Positions 1 to 13,820 of a DNA stretch of 64,000 bases are shown piece after piece. The DNA comes from Macrostomum lignano (lineage: Eukaryota): positions 86,228 to 150,227 of the forward strand of contig NIVC01002676.1 in NCBI GenBank assembly GCA_002269645.1, read 5' to 3'. Under the pieces are notes generated by a model, which made no database searches, was not told the DNA's origin, and saw only the letters and a program-made list of their open reading frames with translations. Positions within the stretch are counted from its first letter, which is position 1. Each line of letters starts with the position of its first letter. The position numbers and the translations under genes were made by a program.

Positions 1-207
1 AGGAACGCCGCGTTCACCGCGATTTTTGCCGGGTCTGGGAGCGATGGCGGGTGGCGTTCGCGGGTCAGGGCGTTGAGGTTGACCTTGAAGGTCCAAGTTG
101 ACAGCCCAGCGTCAGTCTGGAAGAAGGTCGGGTTCAGTAATTGGAACTCCAGGCCAGAGTACGGTGGATGCGGGTCTTGCTCTTCAGAGTAACAGGCCGG
201 TAAGATT
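1..207 (-). CDS. Possible coding exon fragment of an unidentified gene running off the window start
   Basis: Open minus-strand frame (ILPACYSEEQDPHPPYSGLEFQLLNPTFFQTDAGLSTWTFKVNLNALTRERHPP...) with C/G-ending codons like the real exons here, after a candidate CAG acceptor at 210-208. No recognisable motif. Confidence 0.3.
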
Positions 208-1594
208 CTGGCTCGGTTTTTTACTCGGTTTTATACAAAGAATAAACTAGAGATAACTTGCCTCGATCGCCCTCATAGGTAAACCTTGCATGCGGTTTCA
301 GCTAATCGTTCCACCGTTCCTTGGAGCGCTAGGCAACCAGTTACCGCGCTCTCTCGGCACCCTCGACCACCACTGATTTTGACTCCCTCCGCCACTGCTG
401 ACGGCACTTTCGGCATCGCCGTTTTTAGGAGACTTTCGTTTTGGTTAGGAGCTGGTTAGGAGCACATTTGTGTAGCCGGTTACTGTTAGTCCTTTAAATG
501 CAGCATTCATTTGTTATTTTGGAAATGTATTAATACTCGTAAAGATTTATGGCTTCAATTTTTTATTTAAAGCTTCAAATCTTTGGTTTGATGATCTACC
601 GGTTTGTGACTGGTGCCCAAATTAAATTGGCGCGTCTGCAATGAATATGGACTCTTCAATGGACTCTTGTTTTGGACTCGTATATTCTGAATACTTCGTA
701 ATATGATACTGAACTGAAAGTGTTTCCTAGAAAACTCATCTATTTTTTCCTAGAAAAATCTGTTCTTGTTTCCGTACCGTTCGTGGTTTTTGTCTTCAAT
801 CGTCAGAACTGCACCGATTTGATATATTCAACCATATATGAGAAAGGCTTATACTAAAACTTATTTTCTTAAATGCGAATTAATTTACTATCTGGGCATG
901 CGATTTTTTATTGGTTTAGAGAAATATTTAATAATACATGATCTGAGTCTAAGTCTATGAATTTATTGATTTTTTTCCTTTTTTGCCTAGGCCTATTTAA
1001 GTCACATAGATAAATTTGATTTTTAGCCCTAATTTTTATTCTATTCCATTTGATATATTTCATTTGCTTGCCTTGAGTAAAGACACCTTACTTTTGAAAA
1101 TGGGTCAAGTAATAGTTGGCCTATGCCTATAAATGTTACGAAACATTTTGTATCATAACTTTAAAAAAAATTTGTAATCTAGATGTGTATAGGCCTAGGC
1201 CTGCCAGGATGGAATTCTTGTATTTGGCATGTCCAATGGAATCATGTGATTTTTATCATGCATAAAATAATTTTTAGGCCCTGGCCTACTTGTTGCTCTT
1301 TAATTTATGATTTTGGAGCATAATAAATTGCAAGAGCAAAGTTATATTTGTTTAATTTTCTCCAGAACTAGTTCTATTTTTTCTTTGAAATAAACTTACA
1401 ATAGTCTAAATAGTTTTCTTAGAAATATAAATTTGAATTATTGTCAGATTTGTTTTATTATATTCATTTTTGTTTTATTCATGCAAATATTGCCTTAATT
1501 AATAGTCAATTTAACAATACATAAAAACCCTAATTCAATTTCTAAACAATAGAGGCCTAAGTATAGTGCAATAAAAAAATGAGTTCTTTAAAAG

Positions 1595-2848
1595 CAGTGT
1601 TGGGCAAGTTACTCAAAAAAGTAACTTACGTTACTGTAACTTAAGTTACCACTTTATAAAAAGTAACTTACATTAGCCTAGTAACTTTGAACAAAAACCC
1701 GGTAACTTTTAAGTTACTTCCATTACTTACTTCCGTTACCTATGTTATTAACAAAATTTTCTGCTTTTTTAACATTGCAAATGTGCTGGAACAGCACAAA
1801 TGATCGCAAAAGCCAGGAGGAAGAATACAACAACATTAATTTCAGTAACTGTATTAAATTTTAATCACTTTAGGCCCTTTCCGTAAAAAGAAGAGAAGCT
1901 AAAGGTCAGAAACATTAAAGGCAAAACGCAATTTAATTTTTAATAACATTATAAGTTATAATACACAAGGACAACTTAACGTAACTTTATTTGTCCTTGA
2001 TAATACATCGCTTGTAATAAGTACCTGGCTTTACTCCACTCTACAGTCTGCTTTACTAGTCTTTTTATTTATTTTCAATTATTATCATTAATATTAAATT
2101 ATTGTACAGTGCAGTGCAGTGCCAGTGGACTTTAGTGGTGTAGCCAGGGAGGCCGCCTTAACAATCGTTGGGGCGGCAACTTCACCCCACCTGCAAGACA
2201 CCCCTCCTGGGGGGGGGGTGGGGTTGGGCGTGGCGGGTACCAAAAACCATGAGGCGATTGAGTGCCTGCGGTGCTTAAATGAGTGCCTGCAGCGCTTAAA
2301 TGAGTGCTTGCGGCGCTAAAATGAGTGCCTGCGGTGCTAAAAGTGGCAATGGCATGAGGCATGGTCAGCCAGGCCAACCTGCCCCCCCAATTAAAATTCC
2401 TGGCTACGTCAATCACTGAGTGGATTTGTGGAGACTACAGATGAATTTCTTTCTTTGGTTGCTTGTTTCTAAGAACTAAACAAAATATTTTTATAAACTT
2501 AAAAACGAAAAGCAAAAATATTTTACCAAAAATAACAAAGTAAAAACATGTTTCAAGTATTTCTTTATTAATTACAGCGTAATACCGTATGATATTATTC
2601 ACTTAGTTTTGAATTTAGGAATAAAAAATGCTAAAAATGTGACAACTGGCGTAATAGCTAAGCATATCAGTTTTAAATTTAAATATTGCGATTGTTGCAA
2701 AGTAACTGTAACAGACTTCTGAAATTTAAGTAACTTACCGTTACTCCGTTACCAAAATAGGAAAGTAACTTGTGTAAGGAACACTTTACAAAAAAGTAAC
2801 TTGCATTACCATTTACAAGTTACTTAGTAACGGAAGTGCCCAACACTG
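1595..2848. mobile_element. Non-autonomous hAT-type DNA transposon
   Basis: 12-bp TIRs CAGTGTTGGGCA (1595-1606) / TGCCCAACACTG (2837-2848); perfect 8-bp TSD TTTAAAAG (1587-1594, 2849-2856); dense GTAAC/GTTAC subterminal repeats; no transposase ORF. Confidence 0.9.
2133..2419. mobile_element. Small GC-rich MITE nested in the 1595-2848 element
   Basis: Imperfect TIR TAGTGGTGTAGCCAGG ... CCTGGCTACG; near-TSD GTGGACTT/GTGGATTT; internal ~22-bp repeats (ATGAGTGCCTGCGGCGCTAAA) also seen in the MITEs at 13.3 and 45.6 kb. Confidence 0.6.
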
Positions 2849-2960
2849 TTTAAAAGTATCTTAAAAGTAGATGAATTTAAGTTTCAACAAAAGAAATGCA
2901 TGATTTTTTTTAATTTCACCTGATTTTATATATTTAAATTGTAGGAGTTCACTTATAACA

Positions 2961-3037
2961 AACACATACACACACACACACACTCACTCACTCACTCACT
3001 CACTCACACACACACACACACATACACATACACACAT
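2961..3037. repeat. (CA)n/(CACT)n microsatellite
   Basis: Seen directly. Confidence 0.9.
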
Positions 3038-3139
3038 AAACATTGCATAAGTTTTAGTATTAAGAGTTGTTGAGAATGTTCTTGTGGTTTTTAGAACCTT
3101 CTTCCAAACCAAGTTTTTTTTAATATAGAAGGACTTATT

Positions 3140-4737
3140 AAGGAAACAAAGTAATTGCCATCTAAATCAACCACTTTCTGCCATTTTTTAGGCAGACATA
3201 ATGTCATCAATGTAGAATTTCTTAGGTTTTGAGCCAAAAAGTTATTGAGCTAGTTATCTAAGGCCTTTTTATTAGCAAAAGTTTTTCTCATCAAGGCATT
3301 GGTCAGGGCACTAGGTTGGGAAAATATTGAAGATAATGCACTCAGTTCTCAGCCAAGTTCAAGTAATTTTTTTGCAAGTCACCTTGTTAATGTAAAGGCA
3401 GGCATTATTGTGCAGGAATTGGATTGGGTCAATCTGTCCAACTATTGACAATATAAGTTAGCCATAATCAATATGTTGGTGGTAGCAGCTTGTAGAGGAT
3501 CACACCTTTACAGTCTCACCAAATCGCATGACCTTGTGGGAATAGAGTCTAGCCTTAGGCTGTGGCTCAAGGGTTGCATCAGTATTTACCCACAACTGGT
3601 AATGATTAATGTTCACATATAAGCACCATTTTTTTGCCAGTAACAATTGACTTCAGCCAGTTGTGTGTATGCCAATAGGAGAGGAAAGAATCCGGCTTTG
3701 CCTTGAATTTGTGGTCCCAATTGGACAATTTATGGGGTACTCATTGAGTCAACTTGTGTACCTTGTCCAGTTAATGCAAGTGAGTGGCAATTGTTTGATG
3801 GTCTACCCCAAGGACTTGCACTAACTCATGCGTGGTTTGTTAGGGGTAGTGTTCTGCTATAAGGAGGGTCCATGTACCGTAGCCGTAGCCGTAAGCAAAA
3901 CTACAGCTTATTCCAATTCTCTGTATTCCGTAGCCGTAGGGACCCCAAAATTACCATATTCCCGTAGTTCCCATAGCTGTAGTTTTAACAAAAAGTCTAA
4001 AAAACAAAATATTTTAAATCAAGAAAATAACCTAGTGCTTAAACAACTGCAAATTAAATTACAAAATAAAAGAAACACTTAATTGTCTTTATAAGATTAT
4101 ATTTTGTCTTTTTTTAGAGCAACAATACTTAATCGTTATTGAAAGTACTAATGCTAAAGTTTTTCACATTAATAAAAATTAGAGTTTGCTAGTGTTTTAT
4201 TGTACTTTTTTAGGTATATTTTATAAGTTTTAGGTTGATAATACAGTTTACTAAAAGTATCTTTGTTTTACTCTACCTGTTTCTAATATTTTTTCAATTT
4301 TTAACATGAATAACTATGCCTATGGCTACGGGAATCTATGGAATGTGACAGCAACTACCATATTTCCGTAGTTGTAGCTGTAAGAGCAGCTAGCTACCAT
4401 AGGTATATCCGTAGCTGCCATAGGCACCTATTTTACCATATTTGCCGTAGGATCCCGTAGCTGTAGCTATGGCTATGGCGGAACACTAGTTAGGGGTCAG
4501 CCTCAATGAGTATGCACAGTCCAGGTGGTCATTATCCATCTCAAGACATTCTGACTAGGGCAAATCTTTGAGGCTGAAATCTCCCTGCCAAAACCAAGCA
4601 AACCAATCTTGTGCAGTACATTCAGACTCAGTACTAGCACCAAATGCACTGTTAATGCGGCTCAATTTGGCTTCTTTGGTACAAAATTTGAAGTTGTAGA
4701 GAAATAGTCCACAAATATAGGGTCAAGAGAGATCCAT
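3140..4737 (-). pseudogene. Mariner (DD34D) transposase pseudogene
   Basis: Minus-strand remnants in mariner order: LFLYNFK, WFAWFWQGDFSLKD, *VPHKL (WVPHEL motif), SIVTGK.WCLYVN (IVTGDEKW), W*DCKGVILYKLLP, FLHNNAC (HDNARPH), ELG*E, FYIDDIM/LPKKWQKVVDLDGNYF. Many stops and frameshifts. Confidence 0.9.
3847..4488. mobile_element. hAT-type MITE (642 bp) inserted in the mariner transposase
   Basis: TIR TAGTGTTCTGCTATA / TATGGCGGAACACTA; perfect 8-bp TSD GTTAGGGG (3839-3846, 4489-4496); GTAGC/GCTAC subterminal repeats. Confidence 0.92.
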
Positions 4738-4839
4738 GTAGATAATCTGGCTTGAATAGCAACAGTCATGAAAAGTAGTCTGTCAACATGGCATATACAC
4801 ACCCTCAATATTTACCTATACACAGTAAGCTTCTAGAAT

Positions 4840-5202
4840 AGGGGGGCCGTAGCCCAGCGGTAGCGCAGCTGCTCTGGTGTGCCAGCGACCCAGGCTCAAT
4901 TCCAAGTGCAGTCACATTAATTTGGGGCTGAATTGGAATCTCGGCTTGGCTCTGCTCGTGTAATTAACGGCCTTGAGAGCCAACCCCCAAGGCGCAGTGA
5001 AGTGTACATGCCTAACGATAAAATAAAGTTAGGGCCGCTGTACACTTCTGTGTGAGTGTGTGCCTGCGTACATATCCGCGCGCTTGTATGCCTGCTCAGG
5101 GGAGTCGGCGGAATGGGCAGCAATACCTCTCGCAGGTTGTGCCTATGTCGCTTAAAGTGCGCCAGGGTGCACACAACCCCCCTGCCTCTAATAAAAATAA
5201 AA
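4840..5202 (+). mobile_element. tRNA-derived SINE
   Basis: tRNA-like head (A box TAGCCCAGCGG, B box GGCTCAATTCC), A-rich tail, perfect 13-bp TSD AAGCTTCTAGAAT (4827-4839, 5203-5215). Confidence 0.88.
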
Positions 5203-5358
5203 AAGCTTCTAGAATGTTTTAGAAAGTTCTGAGATTGAATTTTCTGGAAACTGAAAGAACATTCTTGACAACCAAACAATTTTATGTAATTAATTATACT
5301 CATTTCTATTTTTTGTAATACTATATATAGTATATACAGTATATACCACAGATAGTAA

Positions 5359-6325
5359 TGTTGTACCTGTGGTTGTCCTGCTGTCCAGCGCAGTGACTTG
5401 GGCTCTTGACTCTTAGTAGCGTAGGTAGTGCTGCCACCAGTTCCTTCAGGTCTCGGCCTTCGATGAGGTGAGCTTCCCGTCGGAACGAAATAACGAAGTC
5501 AACGAACTCAGCACCGGGTGCAGATTTGCAGTTCAACGTACAAGGCGTCTCGTCAGCAGCACCTGCCGGGCTTGGTTGGTTCAGGGAGGGCTGAGTTAGC
5601 CTCTCGTAGGCTTGAGGTTGGGCTTTAGTGGGGTCTCAGTCAGACCAGTACAAGCAGATTCAGTGTACGCAAAGGGCACTTAGTTAGACACTGACGCACA
5701 CGGGAGCTTAGTGGATTCTCCGCAGATAAGAAGCCTCCTTGACGGAAACAAGGGAGAGGGGTCCTATTTATAGCCGGGAAACACCCACGCACAAGACCTC
5801 GTGACTTGTTCTATTTTTAGAAATGACGTCACTTGAGGTCTCGGGGCAGGGTCTCAGTGCGCGCAAGACCTCGTGACTCGTTCTATTTTTAGAAATGACG
5901 TCACTTGAGGTCTCCGGCCAGAGTACACGCGGCTGTGACTCAGTTGCTATTTTTAGAAACATGAGTCACTCCTCTCCTTAGAGAAGGGAGGGGTCCGAAA
6001 GCACGTAATTCTCCCGGTAAACAGGGCCAACGAGTGCAGTAAACATGTTTACTGCACTATAAGACTCCAAGAACGCAAGATCTGTCATGTGACTTGCTCA
6101 CATGACAGAGGAAAACGGGACGGGAATGAAACAGAGACAGCCAGCCTACAGCAGAGAAGCTGAGGGCTGAGAACAGAGACGCAGAAGAGCAGAACAGGCC
6201 AAGGGCAGCAACAGACGGCCAGGGGGGCGGGAAGCTGACCAGCGGCAGACAGCAACCCAGGGCGAGGGCGAGGGAGACTGCTGACAAAAGGGGGACGCCA
6301 AACACTAAACTAGCGGCTCACTACA
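5359..6325 (-). mobile_element. Solo LTR (967 bp), probably Gypsy-type
   Basis: TG...CA ends on the minus strand; 4-bp TSD GTAA (5355-5358, 6326-6329); TATA box (TATAAATAGGACC); homologous over about 900 bp to 56350-57288. Confidence 0.88.
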
Positions 6326-6641
6326 GTAAAAAATATTTTTTCACCCACAGTGTTTCTATTATATATGGTATAAACAAAAAGCTTACAATAAGCTAAAGGT
6401 TTGTTTAAGTTGGTTTTCAGTTTAGTTGGCTAAAAATAGTCAAAGCAAAGATGCCAATAACCCTTTAGCAGGAATTTTTTGCATTCACCAAAATCACCAC
6501 AGACATTTGAATCATATTTGCTTATTATTTATTAACTGTCGTTTGCCATTTAATTTATTTAAAATTGAATTAGTTTTATTTTAACTATCGTCTTATCAAA
6601 CTCACAATGCTGAAACGCATCCCACAGCAGCGCTGCTACAA

Positions 6642-8831
<2,190 letters not shown>

Positions 8832-8997
8832 TTTAACTGAAAAATTAATTCGTTTGCGCTGGCTTCTGATATGTCAAGCATTGAATATTAATATAAAAAT
8901 GGCTGTATTGCTGAAAAGGGATTTTCTGTCTATGCAATTTTCTGTTTTTTGTATTGCTGGCTTTGATGTCTTGCGTGCCCAAGGTTGTGCTTTTTTA

Positions 8998-9612
8998 AAT
9001 CTGACATCCACAAGAGCTGGTAGATTCAAAATCTCACCCACAAGAGTTAGTCGTTTCAAAATCACACCCACAAGAGTTAGTCGTTTCAAAATCTCACCCA
9101 CAAGAGTTAGTCGTTTCAAAATCTCACCCACAAGAGTTAGTCGTTTCAAAATCACACCCACAAGAGTTAGTCGTTTCAAAATCTCACCCACAAGAGTTGG
9201 TCGTTTCAAAATCTCACCCACAAGAGTTAGTCGTTTCAAAATCTCACACACAAGAGTTGGTCGTTTCAAAATCTCACCCACAAGAGTTAGTCGTTTCAAA
9301 ATCTCACACACAAGAGTTGGTCGTTTCAAAATCTCACACAAGAGCTGGTGGATTCAAAATCTCACACACAAGAGCTGGTGGATTCAAAATCTCACCCACA
9401 AAAGCTGGTGGATTCAAAATCTCACCCACAAAAGCTGGTGGATTCAAAATCTCACACACAAGAGTTGGTGGATTCAAAATCTCACACACAAGAGTTGGTG
9501 GTTCAAAATCTCAACACACAAGAGCTGGTGGATTCAAAATCTCACCCACAAAAGCTGGTGGATTCAAAATCTCACACAAGAGCTGGTGGATTCAAAATCT
9601 CACCCACAAGAG
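8998..9612. repeat. Minisatellite, 30-bp unit (CAAGAGTTAGTCGTTTCAAAATCTCACCCA), about 20 copies, two sub-variants
   Basis: Seen directly, just downstream of the LRRC57 stop. Confidence 0.95.
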
Positions 9613-10384
9613 TCTTATCTACCTGACTTGTGAATCGCAATGGCGCCTCAAAAAGCATGACTCTGTATTCGAAAGAAAACTGGCAGAACTACAGATACAG
9701 TGAAAAATAAACAGTGCACCATGTAAAAGCAATCGGTTTATTAAATGGAACTTTTAAGAACCGAATTTTGTTTAAATAAAACACTGAGTCTGCATGTATG
9801 TACAATAAGTATTGCTTGCCTCCTACTTATTAGTAGCATAACTACTGTGCTAACAAAACTAAATTACGATGCTTAAATCACGCGCATTAACGTATTTTCC
9901 GAGCTAATTTTTTGTGCTTGTGCTTATATAACTATTACTGATGTTATTGGTCTTGTCAGATTTTAACTTTAAGACAGTATTTATTTACTCAAGAGTGACA
10001 TAATATGTTAATTCCTATGTTACCTGTTTCTGCTCTATGCTAAAATTCTTGTATATGTAAGCTTGTTTTCAAGGATAATTTTTAGAATCTGCTTAAAAAT
10101 TCGCGTTTTATGCTACTCGCGGCCCATCTGGACAGTAGTGCACTTGACTTGTTGTGATCATTTCATAGTGTCCCCCTTTTTTTAAAGCAAACGTATATTT
10201 AATGAATTGGTGTACAGTTACTATATTAGTATGAATGTACGTTCAATATACCGATGCAAAATAATACTTTGCTATCAGATATATTCGAGTATATTGCAAT
10301 CTTTTGACCAACTATTATTTAATTCGAAATCTGTGTTAGTTGCAAAATTCAGTAAAAAATAGTTAAGAATCTGCGCCCACAAAT

Positions 10385-12139
10385 TCAAGCCTTCGGAATG
10401 CCGGCCACAATGCTGCCCTCAATGCCGCACTCGTTTTTGCCGCGCAGAATTTTAAAGAAGCCGTCCAGTCCCCAGTCGGGGTTCCAGGAGTTGGCAACCA
10501 GCCAGTACGGCGTGCCGTTCTCAACGCCCCAGCCCAGGATCTTCACCGCGTGTCCACCTAGCTCGCCCCCGGTGGTGTGCTGGTACACGCCTGACTTGTA
10601 GGACGGAAAGTCGGCATAGACGGTGAACGCGGCCTCCACTGGCCCGTTGGTCATGATCTCCTTGGCGATGTCGTCCTGCTTGGATGACACCGTGTACACT
10701 GAGGCGCCTGTTGTGCGGTTTGTGGCGATGAATAGCTCTTGAAAGCGATGGCTGTCTTGATAATAGGAGTCACGGAGCCTCCTATGGCTGCATGCACATA
10801 ACCTTGGTGTCACTGTAACAAGTCTCTTTATTATGACTCCTACTACATCAATTGGTTTCAGTCTCTGCTTTCAGTCAGTTTTGGTGCATATGGATTCAGT
10901 GTAGGTGGATGGATGAATGGAATAAAGATTATCCTTGTAAGGTTTGCCGCAAACCAAGGTGACATTCGACCGGTAGCCAGAGGAGGGAAACAATGAGGTC
11001 ACACTCACTCAGAGTGTACGGTACAGCAGTCCTGAATTCTTGTCTTCCGGCAGTGTACACACTTTTGAGTCAGGTCTATTCCATGTACAGACCCCCTGAT
11101 AAGACTCAGATGGGTCATCTACTTGCTGCCAAACTCACCAAAGTGCTTGTCATTGTTGTAGGTCATGTTGTAGCCGGAGATGCAATCCCTCTTGCACTTG
11201 GGCGTTTTGGAGTCTCCGCTGCACGGCTGGTACTTGCCGGTAGTGTGGTGGTCGCAGTGCGGCAGGCTATAAGGCTGGCAGCCCTGCTTGGTGCCGTACT
11301 GCCCGCCAGTGACAATGCCGGACTTCTTCCAGTATTGCCAGGCCGACTCCAGGAAGCCGCCGTTGCAGCCCATGCCGCAGGAGAAGCCGCAGCAAGCCAG
11401 CAGATCCTCGGCGCTGAGGTGGACTTGCACCTGTTGTTTGGATAGTATCAGGGTTTTACTGGTTTAAGGCATCAACTTCGATCGAGATGGTTCCGAATGT
11501 TCTTTAACTGGTTCCAACAGGATTCACTACTAATCAAGGCAAAAAATGTTTCTTCATCGATTCCGAGAAGGATTTCTCGATAATTATCAGCTGGACTGAC
11601 CGAAAATACCTTTAATGCGATTTAATTTGTTGAGGTTCCGAGATTTCTGCTCAAGTTTAGCAACGCATTGTCCCGGGGACTTCCTGTTCTTAAATATCGC
11701 TAACAACTAGGCTCCAGGAGAGCCTTACCTTGCCGCCGCTGTGAATGCAGTGCCTGTCAGACATGGCCTCCACCGCTCCGAAGGCCCAGCAGGATCCGCA
11801 GTTGCTCTGGTCGCGGACCTCCTGAATAGTCGGACACTTTGGCCACTGGGTTCGCGCGTCGAATTCGGTCGGCAGGTCGCCAATGTCGGAGCCTGGGTAG
11901 CTGAGCACGGGAATGTCGGGCTTGTTGGGATTGGCGATTACGCCCAGGACTCTGCGCACGTCCGACACGCTGTCGAACCGACTGGTCCGGCCGGCTTGCC
12001 AAGTTGTGCCAACTTTATTGACGTAGTCGATGAGCTCCTGGGTCAGCGGCTCGTGCATCGGCTTGACGGCCGTCGACTCTTCCCTGGGATAGGCGCTGGA
12101 TGCCGCGGCCAGCAAGAGCACAGCAAACACTTTCAGCAT
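10385..12139 (-). CDS. CTSB: Cathepsin B preproprotein; exons 12139-11729, 11430-11139, 10707-10385; 341 aa
   Basis: Signal peptide; LPTEFDAR mature start; [10 protein letters not shown] (catalytic Cys), GGHAVK (His), WLVANSWN (Asn); occluding loop CDHH; GT-AG introns join in phases 0 and 1. Confidence 0.97.
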
Positions 12140-13179
12140 GTTGGCGCAATAGTTTCTATGGACTAGTGGACACGCTTAAAGCTTGATTATTCTTCACACA
12201 ACCTTCCGAGAGTTGTCTTTTATGCGCCAGAATGTTTTGAAGTTTCTGAGCCACTGCTTTATCGGTATCAGGATTAGTCACTCTCGCTTTCTTGAATACT
12301 GAGCCCTCGCTGTGCCACCCTGGAGACGCGTTACGCCTGCACCAGCAGGGCCTCCTCGCGACTTGCCGATTGATAAGACTATCTGATTGATTGTGCTTTC
12401 ATGGCAAGGCCATTGGGTGCCCACTTGGCCTGCCTGTATCGGCTTGGATCACATGCAGATAAGCGAGATAGTGACCTCTGCCCCGGCCCTTTTTTGATTT
12501 TCTCTTTCTCAAAGGTGGTAAAGCTCACAAAAATTGAAAAAGAAAAACTTTCTTGAACGGGAAATTTTTCTATCGTCATAGTATAGAAGTATACTACAAT
12601 TAAAAAAGCCTATAAAATTCGAATATCGACGTTGAACTGGCTCCCCCGGGGCCGCATGTCTCCGGTGGAGAATACGGGCGGAAAGTTGCGCTGTTCATCA
12701 GGCGCGCGCAAGGCGACCCCCCGCGCTGGGTGGCTCTTCGTATAGAAAGAAGGCTTAGCCTATTTCTGTTCGTTTTGCCACAAAAAATTCTCTCATGGCA
12801 CGCATCTGGGTCGTCGCCCTGTTCAGACTTGAACTGAATTCTCGCCAGCCCCCACGCGCCACTCGCTTTCTCTGTGAAAGTTGCAGGCCGCGCCCGCGTT
12901 GCGCTGCGAATCGCAGTATCAACTTTGCTGTATTGCTGGATGCCTGCATGCGAAAACTCCTAAGAAAGTCTTAGTTTAGCGCTCCCATTGATTATATAGA
13001 CATCCTTCACTACGCCAATATGGTTCGCTTCAACCTAAAAGATGTGATCGTGTTGGCACAATGTCTATATCAATGCAAATTGAATCAATCAGTTTTAGGA
13101 AATTTCATGTACTTATGTACCCAGTGTAAACTGCTTGAAGCACTGTTTCTTAGGATATGACATAGACAAGTAACAGTCA

Positions 13180-13715
13180 CTTTCCAATGACAACTGCTTG
13201 CGCATCTGAAGGCTGTGTATGGCTGTTCAGTCCAAGGACTGGAAGGTCGCCACAAACACCCACAATTACCCCAGCTAAAGCTAGCACCCGCCTAAGGTGG
13301 CCTCGCCATTGATTTTATGGTGGGGGGACAAAGCCAAGAATTCTACATTTACATGTACATGACTTTCAGAATCGGTGCCGTCAGCTCTCATTTTGGCGCC
13401 GCAGTCACTCATTCTGGCGCCGCAGTCTCTCATTTTAGCGCCACAGGCACTCATTTTAGCGCCCTTGAAGCAAAATTATTGATTTCCATAACGGGTCACA
13501 AGGTTGCGTAGGGTGAACAAAGCATTGGCTTGTCCCCCCATAGCTTTTACTGGGGGGGGACATGTCCCCCGTGTCCCTCCGGTGGCGACGCCCCTGGAAG
13601 CAATGCAGAGCCAAGTGTCCTGCTCAAGGACACAAACTGTTCCGAGTTGAGTCGAGAATCGAACCCCCGACCTTTCAGTCGTGAGTCCGACGCCCTATCC
13701 ACGAGGCTGCAACCG
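13180..13715 (-). mobile_element. tRNA-derived SINE (CORE-like), interrupted by a MITE
   Basis: Minus-strand tRNA head (CGTGGATAGGGCG...GGTTCGATTC) followed by TGTGTCCTTGAGCAGGACACT, which resembles the CORE-SINE domain (from recall). Same family as the 45.3-45.9 kb copy. Left end approximate. Confidence 0.75.
13294..13596. mobile_element. GC-rich MITE of the CAGGGGCGTCGCC-TIR family inside the SINE
   Basis: Right end GGCGACGCCCCTG intact, left end degenerate; body is reverse-complement homologous to 45578-45831. Confidence 0.75.
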
Positions 13716-13820
13716 AATGCAGATGCTCTCAATACGCCCTAACCACGGGGCTGCAACCGAATGCAGATGCTCTCAATACGCCCTAACCACGGGGCTGCAA
13801 CCGAATGCAGATGCTCTCAA
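13691..13820. repeat. About 3 tandem copies of a 44-bp unit spanning the SINE 5' junction
   Basis: CGCCCT recurs at 13691, 13735 and 13779. Confidence 0.9.

Larger units (their letters stand above)
3060..5281 (-). mobile_element. Degenerate full-length mariner element interrupted by a MITE and a SINE
   Basis: Imperfect TIRs (GTTGTTGAGAATGTTCTT near 3068 vs AAGAACATTCTTGACAACC near 5255-5273). Removing the two nested insertions leaves about 1.2 kb, close to typical mariner size. Confidence 0.75.

Noticed and set aside
10398-12166. Plus-strand ORFs over cathepsin B, and similar antisense ORFs over LRRC57, PTPRN and the receptors
   Set aside because: Antisense shadows of GC-rich coding sequence.
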